Of a DNA stretch of 50,306 nt, positions 1 to 8,800 are shown in pieces. The stretch is from Clostridium sp. CAG:628 (lineage in GTDB: Bacteria; Bacillota_I; Bacilli_A; RF39; UBA660): the NCBI GenBank assembly GCA_000438415.1, contig FR902240.1:1-50306 (forward strand), given 5' to 3'. Made by a program: the position numbers and the translations under genes. Position 1 is the first letter of the stretch. Every line of letters starts with the position of its first letter. The notes below the pieces were generated by a model that saw only the letters and a program-made list of their open reading frames with translations, was not told the origin of the DNA and did not search any database.

Positions 1-1
1 A

Positions 2-79
2 TCTTGTATCAAATATAGTACAGGAAATGGCTCAGCAAGTGATCCATACACAATAAAAGAAACTACAAGTGGATGCTAA
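2..79 (+). CDS. 3' end of an ORF entering from upstream of the window (partial, family unknown)
   Basis: Frame 2 is open from the window edge to TAA at 77-79: ...SCIKYSTGNGSASDPYTIKETTSGC*. The tail pattern G-S-x-x-(D/N)-P-Y-x-I recurs in the remnant ORF at 31238-31387. It is too short for a family call. Confidence 0.35.
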   Translation, partial: SCIKYSTGNGSASDPYTIKETTSGC

Positions 80-465
80 ACTGTAGATCTGAAATACCGT
101 CCGAAAAGCATGCGTGACAGCTCCACCGACGAAAGTTGGTGGTAAGCAAAAAATGAATACTGACTAACCTGTGCTAGAAAGAATAATGCTTTCTAGCGCG
201 TGAGTGCCAGTAGCTGAAAAATTAATTAAGGTATCAAGTGTGAAAACATTTTTGATATAGGGAATGAACTATATGAGTTACGGCCAGCCTTAGATTTTTG
301 TTCTTGGTTGTTGTCTCCTAACAATTGGAATGTCAACAACTCCAATGGTGTGCGTCCCTCAGTATCTCTCTTGTCTTGTAATCTGATATCCAGAGAAGAC
401 GGAAGTCCTGAAAACACTTACGTTGTTTATACAGGTAGTGGAGCATGTGAATAAGTGATAATTAG
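80..465 (+). ncRNA. Candidate structured non-coding RNA or long structured 3' UTR (class unassigned)
   Basis: The block lies between convergent genes and has stops in all + frames. It is visibly richer in G+C than other intergenic DNA here. Hairpins: 120-147 (8 bp + 3 bp, GAAA tetraloop, UA bulge), 171-199 (11 bp), 304-345 (10 bp with a 2-nt bulge) and 353-401 (composite). The G:U pairs G128:U137, U172:G198 and G362:U389 only work on the + strand. Confidence 0.3.
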
Positions 466-501
466 AAAAAAGAACTCGTGAATTTTTACTCACGAGTTTT
501 T
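466..501. terminator. Bidirectional Rho-independent terminator
   Basis: A 9-bp stem AACTCGTGA (473-481) / TCACGAGTT (490-498) has an A-run upstream and a T-run downstream. The stop codon of the minus-strand gene sits in the loop. Confidence 0.75.
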
Positions 502-1724
502 AAATTACTTATTGCATTCATAAGAGCAAGTTTTGCATAACTATATGTTAACCCACCTTGTATATATAAAGCATAAGGTTTTCTAAGAGGTGCATCACAA
601 GACATTTCAATACTAGAACCTTGTGTAAAAGAAGGACTAGCCATTATAACTTTATCAGAGTATCCTGGCATTTCTCCAGGAGTAGGTAAGACTCCTGAAT
701 TAACTGGACCACTTTCTTGAATACTAGTTGCAAAATTAATTAAATTTTCTTCATTTTCTAAATAAAGTATTTCTACAATATCACATCTTTCTTGATTCCA
801 TTTAGGACTAACATTAAAATTAAGTCTATCCATTACTTTACTAATAAGTATAGAACTTTTTAAACTAGAATTAACTACACTAGGAGACATATATAAACCC
901 ATTAAAAACATTCTATTAGATTCTATACTAGGTCCTACATCTTTACCTTCACCTGCTAAATATAATCTTTCACTAACTAATTTAATTAAATCTTTTTTAC
1001 CAGTCACATAAGCCCCGTGAGTACATATTCCAGCCCCTAAATTTTTTATTAAAGACCCAACTATTATATCAGCCCCAACTTGAATAGGAGTTTTATCTTC
1101 TACAAACTCACAATAACAATTATCTACAAAAACTATAATATCTTTATTAATACTTTTAATTAATTTAATAACTTTTTCTAACTTATTAATAGATAAACTT
1201 TCTCTTAAAGAGTAACCTCTACTTCTTTGAATATAAACTAATTTTATACCATTCAAACTATTTTTAATTCTATCATAGTCAAAATCATTATCAACTAAAT
1301 CAATTTCCCTATAACTAACCCCATAACTTTTAAGTGAACTATCATTTTCCTTTATACCTATAACTTCATGCATTGTGTCATATGGTTCACCACTTATTGA
1401 TAAGAATACATCCCCAGGTCTTAAAAGACTACTTAAACTAATACTTAAAGCATGACTTCCACTAACAAATTCTCTTCTAACTAAAGAGTCTTCGCTTCCA
1501 AAAATATCACTATAAATACTTTCTATCTTATCTCTTCCAATATCATTATAACCATATCCATAAGTTCCATATAAGTCACTTTCATTTAAATTATTTTTAT
1601 GAAATGCATCTAATACTTTCTTACTATTTATTAGTTCTTTTTTATCTAACTCTTCAAAAATACTTTTTAGTTCACTTTCACACTGATTAACTAATGAAAT
1701 ACTTTCTTCATTTATTTTTAACAT
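486..1724 (-). CDS. ynbB: PLP-dependent methionine gamma-lyase-family protein (aluminium-resistance / YnbB-like)
   Basis: 412 aa. Motifs YGTYGYGYNDIGRDKIESIY, VSGSHALS, LRPGDVFLSISGEPYDTMHEVIG and GSLIKNLGAG are typical of this family. The start overlaps the upstream SDR stop (ATGTTAA) and has an internal GGAGGT SD. Confidence 0.8.
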   Translation of the reverse strand: MLKINEESISLVNQCESELKSIFEELDKKELINSKKVLDAFHKNNLNESDLYGTYGYGYNDIGRDKIESIYSDIFGSEDSLVRREFVSGSHALSISLSSLLRPGDVFLSISGEPYDTMHEVIGIKENDSSLKSYGVSYREIDLVDNDFDYDRIKNSLNGIKLVYIQRSRGYSLRESLSINKLEKVIKLIKSINKDIIVFVDNCYCEFVEDKTPIQVGADIIVGSLIKNLGAGICTHGAYVTGKKDLIKLVSERLYLAGEGKDVGPSIESNRMFLMGLYMSPSVVNSSLKSSILISKVMDRLNFNVSPKWNQERCDIVEILYLENEENLINFATSIQESGPVNSGVLPTPGEMPGYSDKVIMASPSFTQGSSIEMSCDAPLRKPYALYIQGGLTYSYAKLALMNAISNLKTRE

Positions 1725-2443
1725 ACTTTACCTCCATCAATTTTAATAACAATATCATTTATGTAACTAGCTTCTTCACTTGCTAAAAAATATACTAGAT
1801 TAGCCACTTCCATAGGACGTGCAAACCTTTTAAGTAATATTTTATTTATTTCTTTTTCTTTAAAGCTAGGATTAATACTTTCATTCATAGGTGTATCTAT
1901 CCATCCGGGACACACAGTATTAACTCTTACATAAGGACTATATATATTTGCTAAATTATGTCCCATATTTATAACACCAGCCTTAGATGCATCATAATCA
2001 ATACTTTCTTTATAATATGAATCAATTCCATTATTACTACTAATATTAATTATAGAACCACTTTTTCTTTCAAACATATTTTTTCCAAAAGCTTTACTCA
2101 TTAAAAAAGTACCAAGTAAATTAACTGAAACTACTTTCATAAATTCATCTTTGCTTTTTAAATTAATATCATTATCAATACTAATTCCAGCATTATTTAT
2201 AAGCACATCTAAGTATGTTACTTTGCTTTTTAATTCATTTATACTTTTTTCACTAGTAACATCTAATTTAAAACATTTACTATCAACTTTATAAGTATTA
2301 ATTATATAATTATTAAATTCTATTGCTTCTTTTTCATGAGTGAAGTAAGTAATAATAGTATTCCATCCATTACTTGCAAACTTTTCTATAATACTTTTTC
2401 CAAGACCAGAACTTGATCCTGTTACTAATACAGTCTTTTCCAT
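1718..2443 (-). CDS. SDR-family oxidoreductase (FabG-like)
   Basis: Carries TGSSSGLG (Rossmann TGxxxGxG), NNAG and the catalytic Y-x3-K (YDASK). I place the start at MEKTVLVTG (2443), because the longer track start at 2476 would overlap the predicted promoter at 2467-2495. Confidence 0.85.
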   Translation of the reverse strand: MEKTVLVTGSSSGLGKSIIEKFASNGWNTIITYFTHEKEAIEFNNYIINTYKVDSKCFKLDVTSEKSINELKSKVTYLDVLINNAGISIDNDINLKSKDEFMKVVSVNLLGTFLMSKAFGKNMFERKSGSIINISSNNGIDSYYKESIDYDASKAGVINMGHNLANIYSPYVRVNTVCPGWIDTPMNESINPSFKEKEINKILLKRFARPMEVANLVYFLASEEASYINDIVIKIDGGKVC

Positions 2444-2466
2444 AAAATAAATCACTTCCAGCAAGT

Positions 2467-2495
2467 ATTTTACCATATTTTCATCTATTTATGAA
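2467..2495 (-). promoter_or_regulatory. Sigma-A-type promoter for the SDR/ynbB operon
   Basis: On the minus strand: TTCATA, a 17-nt spacer, then TGgTAAAAT (extended -10). Confidence 0.5.
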
Positions 2496-2514
2496 CTAAT
2501 TTAAAGAAAAATGG

Positions 2515-2543
2515 TTGAAAAAGTAAGAGTTTTATGGTATGAT
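2515..2543 (+). promoter_or_regulatory. Sigma-A-type promoter for rplK-rplA
   Basis: TTGAAA (2515-2520), a 17-nt spacer, then TATGAT (2538-2543) preceded by TGg. Confidence 0.6.
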
Positions 2544-2655
2544 TTGACATGAGTTATATATTTATTATGTAACTAGATTAAGTGGAAGAGTTTTGGATTA
2601 CTAAACCACTCGCGAAAATTAACTTGAATATTAAATTTTATAGGAGGTGTTTTTC

Positions 2656-3249
2656 GTGGCAAAGAAAGTTACTAAAGTTGTAAAAATTCAAATTCCTGCT
2701 GGAAAGGCTACACCAGCTCCACCAGTTGGTACAATATTTGGACCTCTAGGAATTAACTTACAAGAATTTTGTACAAAATACAACGATGCAACTAGAGACA
2801 AAATGGGAGATATAATCCCTTGTGAAGTTACTGTTTATGAAGATAGAACATTTGACTTCGTACTAAAAACTCCACCAGCTGCAAGTTTACTAATTAAAGT
2901 TGCTGGATTATCTAAAGGTGGCGTTAAAGGTGCTAATGAAATAGTTGCTACTATAACTAAAGATCAGTTAAAACAAGTTGCTGAAATTAAGTTACCAGAC
3001 TTAAATACAAATGATTTAAATCAAGCTATGAAAATAGTTGCAGGTACTGCAAGAAATATGGGAATAGCTGTTAAAGGACTTAACGATACTGAACTTGAAA
3101 ATCAAGCTGAAGAAGCAAAAGAGGCTGAAGCTGAAATGGCTAAATTAGATGCTGAATTTGCTGAAATGGAAGCTGAGGCTAAAGCAAATGCTGATAAAGA
3201 AGTTCCAGAAGTAGAAAGTACTGAACAAAAAGCAGAAACAGAAGAATAA
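2656..3249 (+). CDS. rplK: 50S ribosomal protein L11 with an acidic C-terminal extension
   Basis: AKKVTKVVKIQIPAGKATPAPPVG... is the L11 signature. The GTG at 2656 lies 6 nt after AGGAGGTG (2642-2649), whereas the track start at 2647 lies inside that SD. About 56 extra Ala/Glu-rich residues follow the usual L11 end. Confidence 0.95.
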   Translation: MAKKVTKVVKIQIPAGKATPAPPVGTIFGPLGINLQEFCTKYNDATRDKMGDIIPCEVTVYEDRTFDFVLKTPPAASLLIKVAGLSKGGVKGANEIVATITKDQLKQVAEIKLPDLNTNDLNQAMKIVAGTARNMGIAVKGLNDTELENQAEEAKEAEAEMAKLDAEFAEMEAEAKANADKEVPEVESTEQKAETEE

Positions 3250-3307
3250 TAATTAAATAAAGTCGAGTAAGAAATAATCCAAATACCACATAAAGGAGGT
3301 AAAAATT

Positions 3308-4000
3308 ATGAAACGTCATGGACGCTTATATGTGGAAGCTTCAAAAAGTGTAGATAAAGATAAACTTTATACACCAGAAGAAGCGGTTAAACTAGTAAAA
3401 TCTCTTTCTAAAAGAAAATTTGACGAAACTGTCGAAATCGCTATGAACTTAAATATTGATACAACTAAAAGTGATCAACAAGTAAGAAGTTCATTTACAT
3501 TACCAAATGGTACAGGTAAAACTAAGAAAATATTAGTTGTTACTAAAACTAAGGCTGACGAAGCAAAAGAAGCTGGAGCAGATTATGTTGGTGATGAAGA
3601 CATGATCGAAAAAATTGTTAAAGAGAACTGGTTTGATTTTGATACAATGGTAGCAACACCTGAAATGATGGTTAGTTTAGGTAAAATAGGTAAAATCCTA
3701 GGACCTAAAGGTTTAATGCCAAACCCAAAAACAGGAACAGTTACTGTTAACGTTAAAGACGCAATAGCTAACATTAGAAAAGGTATGGTAGAGTATAGAG
3801 CTGATTCTAATGGTAACGTACATGCTATAGTAGGTAAAGTTAGTTTTGATGAAGATAAATTAACTGAAAACTTAGTTGCTTTCATTAAAGAAGTAATTAA
3901 GAATAAACCTAGTGGAGTAAAAGGAACTTTTGTTAAGAACATAAGTATTTCTTCAACAATGGGACCTGGCGTAAAAATTGATTTAAATTTATTTAAATAA
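3308..4000 (+). CDS. rplA: 50S ribosomal protein L1
   Basis: 230 aa. Typical L1 sequence (FDETVEIAMNLNID, GPKGLMPNPKTGTV), an AAGGAGG SD, and its position after rplK. Confidence 0.97.
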   Translation: MKRHGRLYVEASKSVDKDKLYTPEEAVKLVKSLSKRKFDETVEIAMNLNIDTTKSDQQVRSSFTLPNGTGKTKKILVVTKTKADEAKEAGADYVGDEDMIEKIVKENWFDFDTMVATPEMMVSLGKIGKILGPKGLMPNPKTGTVTVNVKDAIANIRKGMVEYRADSNGNVHAIVGKVSFDEDKLTENLVAFIKEVIKNKPSGVKGTFVKNISISSTMGPGVKIDLNLFK

Positions 4001-4004
4001 GGTA

Positions 4005-4033
4005 TTTACAAAATTAAGTTTTTGTAGTAAAAT
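4005..4033 (+). promoter_or_regulatory. Sigma-A-type promoter for rplJ-rplL
   Basis: TTTACA (4005-4010), a 17-nt spacer, then TAAAAT (4028-4033). Confidence 0.55.
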
Positions 4034-4039
4034 ACTTTA

Positions 4040-4131
4040 CATGAGTTCGCCGTAGACAGTAGGTAACTAATAAATCCTACCGAGGAAAACTAAACTTTTA
4101 AAGAAGTTTTCCTTGTACGGAAAACTTTTTA
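4040..4131 (+). promoter_or_regulatory. rplJ (L10) leader with terminator/antiterminator alternative
   Basis: GGAAAACT occurs twice (4084-4091 and 4119-4126). Both copies are complementary to AGTTTTCC (4105-4112). The second pairing is followed by TTTTT, which gives a terminator. Confidence 0.65.
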
Positions 4132-4154
4132 TTAATATTATGAGGAGGAAAAGA

Positions 4155-4658
4155 ATGGCAAGCGAAAAGAATCTTAAACTAAAAAAAGACCTTGTAAGTG
4201 AAATTAATTCTAAGGTAGAAAATGCTAGTACTGTATTATTAGTAGACTATCAAGGAATGACTGTGTCAGAACTTAACGATCTTAGACAAAGTTTAAAAAA
4301 CGCCGGTAGTGATTTAAAAGTATATAAAAATACTTTAGCATCACTTGCATTTAAAGATAATGGAATCAAATTAGATGATTACATGACTGGTCCTAATGCT
4401 TACATTTTTAGTAAAGACATCATTGAACCTATTAAAATAGTTAGTGAAGTAGCTAAGAAAAATGAAAACTTAACTATCAAAGCTGGTTACATTAATGGTG
4501 AATTTGTTGATACTAAAGTAATTGGTGAATATGCAAGTATTCCAAGTTATGAAGGACTTCTTACAATGTTTGCTGGTGGCTTAATTGAACACGTAAGAAA
4601 CTTAAGTATTGCACTTAACTTATATGCCGAAAAATTAGAGAATGGAGGAAATGAATAA
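4155..4658 (+). CDS. rplJ: 50S ribosomal protein L10
   Basis: The start MASEKNLKLKK lies 5 nt after GAGGAGGAAAAG. The longer track start at 4113 lies inside the leader terminator. The length of about 167 aa is typical of L10. Confidence 0.95.
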   Translation: MASEKNLKLKKDLVSEINSKVENASTVLLVDYQGMTVSELNDLRQSLKNAGSDLKVYKNTLASLAFKDNGIKLDDYMTGPNAYIFSKDIIEPIKIVSEVAKKNENLTIKAGYINGEFVDTKVIGEYASIPSYEGLLTMFAGGLIEHVRNLSIALNLYAEKLENGGNE

Positions 4659-5023
4659 TGGCAAAAATTGAAAACAAAGATATTATCGAAGCAATTAAAG
4701 AAAAAACTATTCTTGAAGTTAAAGAATTAGTTGATATGATGAAAGAAGAATTTGGAGTTGATCCAAGTGCTGTAGCAGTTTCTACTGCTCCAGTTCAAGC
4801 TGAAGACGAAGGAGATGTAACTAAGACAGTTGTTTTAACTAATGCTGGTGGACAAAAATTACAAGTAATCAAATTAGTTAGAGAAATTACTGGATTAGGA
4901 TTAAAAGAAGCTAAAGACTTAGCTGACAATGGTGGTAATATTAAAGAAAACGTTTCTATGGATGAAGCTAATGATTTAAAAGCTAAATTTGAAGAAGCTG
5001 GCGCTACTATTGAATTGAAGTAA
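4658..5023 (+). CDS. rplL: 50S ribosomal protein L7/L12
   Basis: 121 aa. It has the Ala/Val-rich hinge and the C-terminal domain KLQVIKLVREITGLGLKEAKDL. TAATG overlaps the rplJ stop. Confidence 0.97.
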   Translation: MAKIENKDIIEAIKEKTILEVKELVDMMKEEFGVDPSAVAVSTAPVQAEDEGDVTKTVVLTNAGGQKLQVIKLVREITGLGLKEAKDLADNGGNIKENVSMDEANDLKAKFEEAGATIELK

Positions 5024-5034
5024 GCAATTAAAAT

Positions 5035-5059
5035 AGCCTTTTACTTAAAAGGCTTTTTT
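5035..5059 (+). terminator. Rho-independent terminator after rplL
   Basis: AGCCTTTT (5035-5042) / AAAAGGCT (5047-5054), loop ACTT, then TTTTT. Confidence 0.8.
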
Positions 5060-5173
5060 GCGTATATATATAGCGGAAAATATAAAAAATAGAATTCTTA
5101 ATAATTATTTAAGTTTTGATGGAAAAGAAAAAAAGGACTTAAAAAAATATTAAAGTAATGAAAGGAGTATGTT

Positions 5174-5764
5174 ATGGAACATTATTTTACAAATAACGAA
5201 AATTTAAAAAGTGAATTTAGGAGTGTGAAGTATGTTTATAACGATACTCCTTTTACATTTACTAGTGATTTAGGAGTATTTTCTAAAGATAAAGTTGACT
5301 ATGGTAGTAAATGCCTTTTAGAAATAATTCTAAATAAAGAAAGTAAAAACAAAAAAATACTTGATGTAGGATGTGGATATGGCTTTATTGGGATAGTTTT
5401 AAGTAAAATATTAGATAGTGAAGTTGATATGATAGATGTTAACAAAAGAGCAGTTCATTTATCAAACATGAACATTAAAAGTAATGAAGTAAATGCTAAG
5501 TCTTTTATAAGCGATGCATACATATCAATTACAAAAAAATATGATGTAATTGTTACAAATCCACCGATAAGGGCAGGTAAAGATAAAGTTTTAGAAATAC
5601 TTGTTAATGCAAAAGACCATTTAACAGAAGATGGAACACTTTACTATGTAATAAGAAAAGATCAAGGTGCTAAAAGTATTACTAAAACACTTGATAATTA
5701 CTATAAAACTGAACTGTTAGATAAAAATAAAGGTTTCTACATCTATAGTGCGAAAAAACTTTAA
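5174..5764 (+). CDS. Class I SAM-dependent methyltransferase (RsmC/YbxB-like)
   Basis: VGCGYGFIG is SAM motif I, and NPPIRAGK is the N-methyltransferase NPPxH/R-type motif. It occupies the rplL-rpoB position that ybxB holds in Bacillus. Confidence 0.8.
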   Translation: MEHYFTNNENLKSEFRSVKYVYNDTPFTFTSDLGVFSKDKVDYGSKCLLEIILNKESKNKKILDVGCGYGFIGIVLSKILDSEVDMIDVNKRAVHLSNMNIKSNEVNAKSFISDAYISITKKYDVIVTNPPIRAGKDKVLEILVNAKDHLTEDGTLYYVIRKDQGAKSITKTLDNYYKTELLDKNKGFYIYSAKKL

Positions 5765-5782
5765 GAAATTAACTTTAGGTAG

Positions 5783-5811
5783 TTGACTTCTTTACAAAAA
5801 TCAAGTAAAAT
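5783..5811 (+). promoter_or_regulatory. Sigma-A-type promoter upstream of rpoB
   Basis: TTGACT (5783-5788), a 17-nt spacer, then TAAAAT (5806-5811). Confidence 0.6.
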
Positions 5812-5880
5812 TATATATTGCGATACATGTAGTTTCTTGACTGAATGTGTTTTAAATCTAAGGGATTGGGGTGACTAATT

Positions 5881-8800
5881 TTGGCTTATAAAGTTGAAAA
5901 ATTCGGTACAAAGAGAGAAAGAAGAAATTTCTCAAAATTAAGAAACAAATTTGAACTTTCAAACTTGCTTGAAATTCAAAAAGATTCGTTTCAAAAATTT
6001 TTGGATGAAGGGATAAAAGAGGTATTTGATGACATTTTTCCAGTGGAGAGTTTCAGTGGAAGTTTATCGCTTGAATTTGGTGATTATACTTTAGAACCTC
6101 CTAGATACAGTGTAACTGAATCAAAAGAAAGACGTGTTACTTATGCTGCACCATTAAAAGTAAAAGCAAGATTATTTATTAATGAAACAGGTGAAGTAAA
6201 AGAACAAGAAGTATTTTTAGGCGACATTCCACTAATGACAGAAAATGCAAGTTTCATTGTTAACGGAGTTGAAAGAGTTATAAACTGTCAACTTGTTCGT
6301 TCTCCATCTATTTATTTCAAACGTGAAATAGATAAAAATGGAAGAAACATAATTACTAACGAAGTAATTCCAAGTAAAGGTACATGGTTAGAGTATGAAC
6401 TTGATGCTAGAAATATTTTCTATGTAAGAATAGATAGAACAAGAAAAGTAACTATCACAACTTTCTTGCGTGCATTAGGTTTATCAAGTGATGACGACAT
6501 TCTAAAAGTATTTGGAGAAGACGAAATTCTTGTTAATACTTTAGAAAAAGACTCAACTAAGAATACTGATGAAGCATTAATTGAAATTTATGAAAAATTA
6601 AGACCAGGTGAACCTGCAACACTTGATTCTTCTAAGAACCAATTAATTACTAGATTCTTTGATAAATTTAGATATGATTTAGCAAAAGTAGGTAGATACA
6701 AATTTAATAGAAAATTAAATGTAATGGATAGACTACTTAATAATCGTATTGGTGAAGATATAGTAGTAGATGGTGTTACATACATAAAAAAAGGTGAAGT
6801 TGTAACTAAAGAAAAACTTGAAGAATTAAAGCCTATCTTTGAAAATGGTTATGGTGTTCATGAAGTTAAAATTAATGAAGAACTAGATACATATAATAAA
6901 GTACAAGAAGTACTTGTGTATGCTAACGATGGAAGTGATAAATTACTTAAAGTTATAGGTAATGATCAAAGTATTGATACCAAACGTTTAACAATAAGTG
7001 ATATATACGCTTCAGTTTCATACTATATTAATTTACATTATGGAGTAGGAAATTATGATGAAATAGACCACTTAGCTAATAGACGTGTTAGACAAGGTGG
7101 AGAATTAATACAAAACCAATTTAGAGTTGGTATTGCTAGAATGGAAAGAGTTATTCGTGAAAGAATGACTACACAAGATATTGATACAGTAACTCCTAAA
7201 ACATTAATTAATATTAGACCAGTTACTGCTGCATTAAAAGAATTCTTTGGAAGCAGCCAATTATCTAAATTCATGGATCAAATAAATCCACTAGCAGAAT
7301 TATATGATAAACGTAAACTAAGTGCTCTAGGACCTGGTGGTTTATCAAGAGATCGTGCAGGAATGGAAGTTCGTGACGTAAACTCTAGTCACTATGGTAG
7401 AATTTGTCCAGTAGAAACTCCAGAAGGACAAAATATTGGACTTATTACAAGTTTAGCAGGATATGCAAAACTAAATGAATATGGTTTCATAATGACACCT
7501 TATAGAAAAGTAGTAAATGGAGTACTTACAGATGAAATAGTTTACATGACTGCAGATGAAGAAGAAAGTTATTATATTTGTCCAGCAACAATTAAAGTTG
7601 GAGAAAATAATGCTATCATGGAAGATAATGTTCCAGTTAGATTTAATAGAGATAACTTAGTTGTTTCTAAAGATAAAGTAGACTTTAGTGATGTAAGTCC
7701 TAGTCAAATAGTATCAATTACAACAAGTTGTATACCATTCTTGGAACACGATGATGCTAACCGTGCACTAATGGGTGCTAACATGCAGCGTCAAGCAGTA
7801 CCTCTAATGAAAACAGAAGCACCAATTGTTGCAACAGGTGTTGAATACTATGCAGCAAATGATTCAAGTGCAGTAGTTAAAACTAAAATAGATGGTGTAG
7901 TAGACTATGTTGATGCTAAAAGAATAGTAGTAAAAAATAGTAAAGAAAAAGCAGAATATCAATTAATGACATTTGAAAGAAGTAATGCTGAAACTTGTTA
8001 TACTCAAAGACCTATAGTTCATGTGGGTGATAAAGTTAAAGCTGGAGACATAATAGCAGATGGACCTAGTACAAATGATGGAGAAATGTCATTAGGTAAA
8101 AACTTAACCGTAGCATTTATGACTTATAATGGTTATAACTATGAAGATGCTGTTATCTTAAACGAGAGAATAGTAAAAGATGATGTATTAACAAGTGTAC
8201 ATGTTGAAATGCTAGAAGTAGAAGCAAGAGATACAAAACTTGGACCAGAAGAGTTTACAAGAGATATTCCAAACGTAAGTGAAGAAGCACGAAAGAACTT
8301 AGACAAAGAAGGTATTATAAGAATTGGTACTGAAGTCAAAGAAAATGATATTCTAGTTGGTAAAATAACTCCAAAAGGTGTTCAAGAATTAACTAGTGAA
8401 GAAAAATTATTACATGCAATATTTGGTGAAAAAACTCGTGAAGTAAGAGATACTTCTTTAAGAGTTCCACATGGTTCTAGCGGTATAGTACATGATGTAC
8501 AAGTATTCACAAAAGATAATTCTGATGAGTTACCAGCAGGTGTAATTAAAATTATAAGAATATACTTAATAAAGAAAAGAAAAATGCAAGTCGGAGACAA
8601 GATGAGTGGACGTCATGGTAACAAGGGTGTAGTAAGTTTAGTATTACCAGAAGAAGATATGCCTTACTTACCAGATGGTAGAACAGTAGATGTTATATTA
8701 AACCCATTAGGTGTTCCATCTCGTATGAATCTAGGACAAATATTAGAAGTTCACTTAGGTATGGCTGCTAAAACATTAGGTGTACATATTGCAACTCCAG

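Noticed and set aside
120-147. Long-range pairing of GCUCCAC (120-126) with GUGGAGC (438-444) as a closing helix of the candidate RNA
   Set aside because: A 7-nt complementarity is expected by chance several times in a 400-nt sequence, and the 5' segment is already used in the local GAAA hairpin.
226-417. 63-aa minus-strand ORF inside the structured block at the window start
   Set aside because: It has no SD and lies wholly within the hairpin-dense region. Its sequence is not protein-like in any way I recognise. It is more likely a chance open frame in relatively G+C-rich non-coding DNA.
80-465. Possible RNase P RNA, tmRNA, SRP/scRNA, 6S RNA or group II intron 3' domains
   Set aside because: - RNase P: there is no GAGGAAAGUCC/ACAGAA P4 pair in the right order, and no 5'/3' P1 pairing.
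- tmRNA: there is no tRNA-like T-arm or CCA end.
- SRP RNA: there is no GGAAGCAGCC domain IV motif.
- Group II intron: the GAAA hairpin at 120-147 has an 8-bp upper and a 3-bp lower helix, whereas intron domain V has a 5-bp upper and a 9-bp lower helix with the AGC triad.
2647-2655. Longer N-terminal extensions given by the ORF track (2647 rplK, 2476 SDR, 4113 rplJ, 13366 SDR, 16334 hup, 24679 rpsD, 24822, 31394 M16, 40384 nfo, 45369 rpsL)
   Set aside because: In each case a downstream start has a well-spaced SD and gives the canonical N-terminus. The extension instead overlaps an SD, a promoter or a leader terminator.
3583-3942. 119-aa antisense ORF inside rplA
   Set aside because: It lies entirely within a confidently identified gene on the other strand. 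Its composition is Leu/Ser/Thr/Ile-rich, which is typical of a mirror frame of AT-rich coding DNA. It has no SD.
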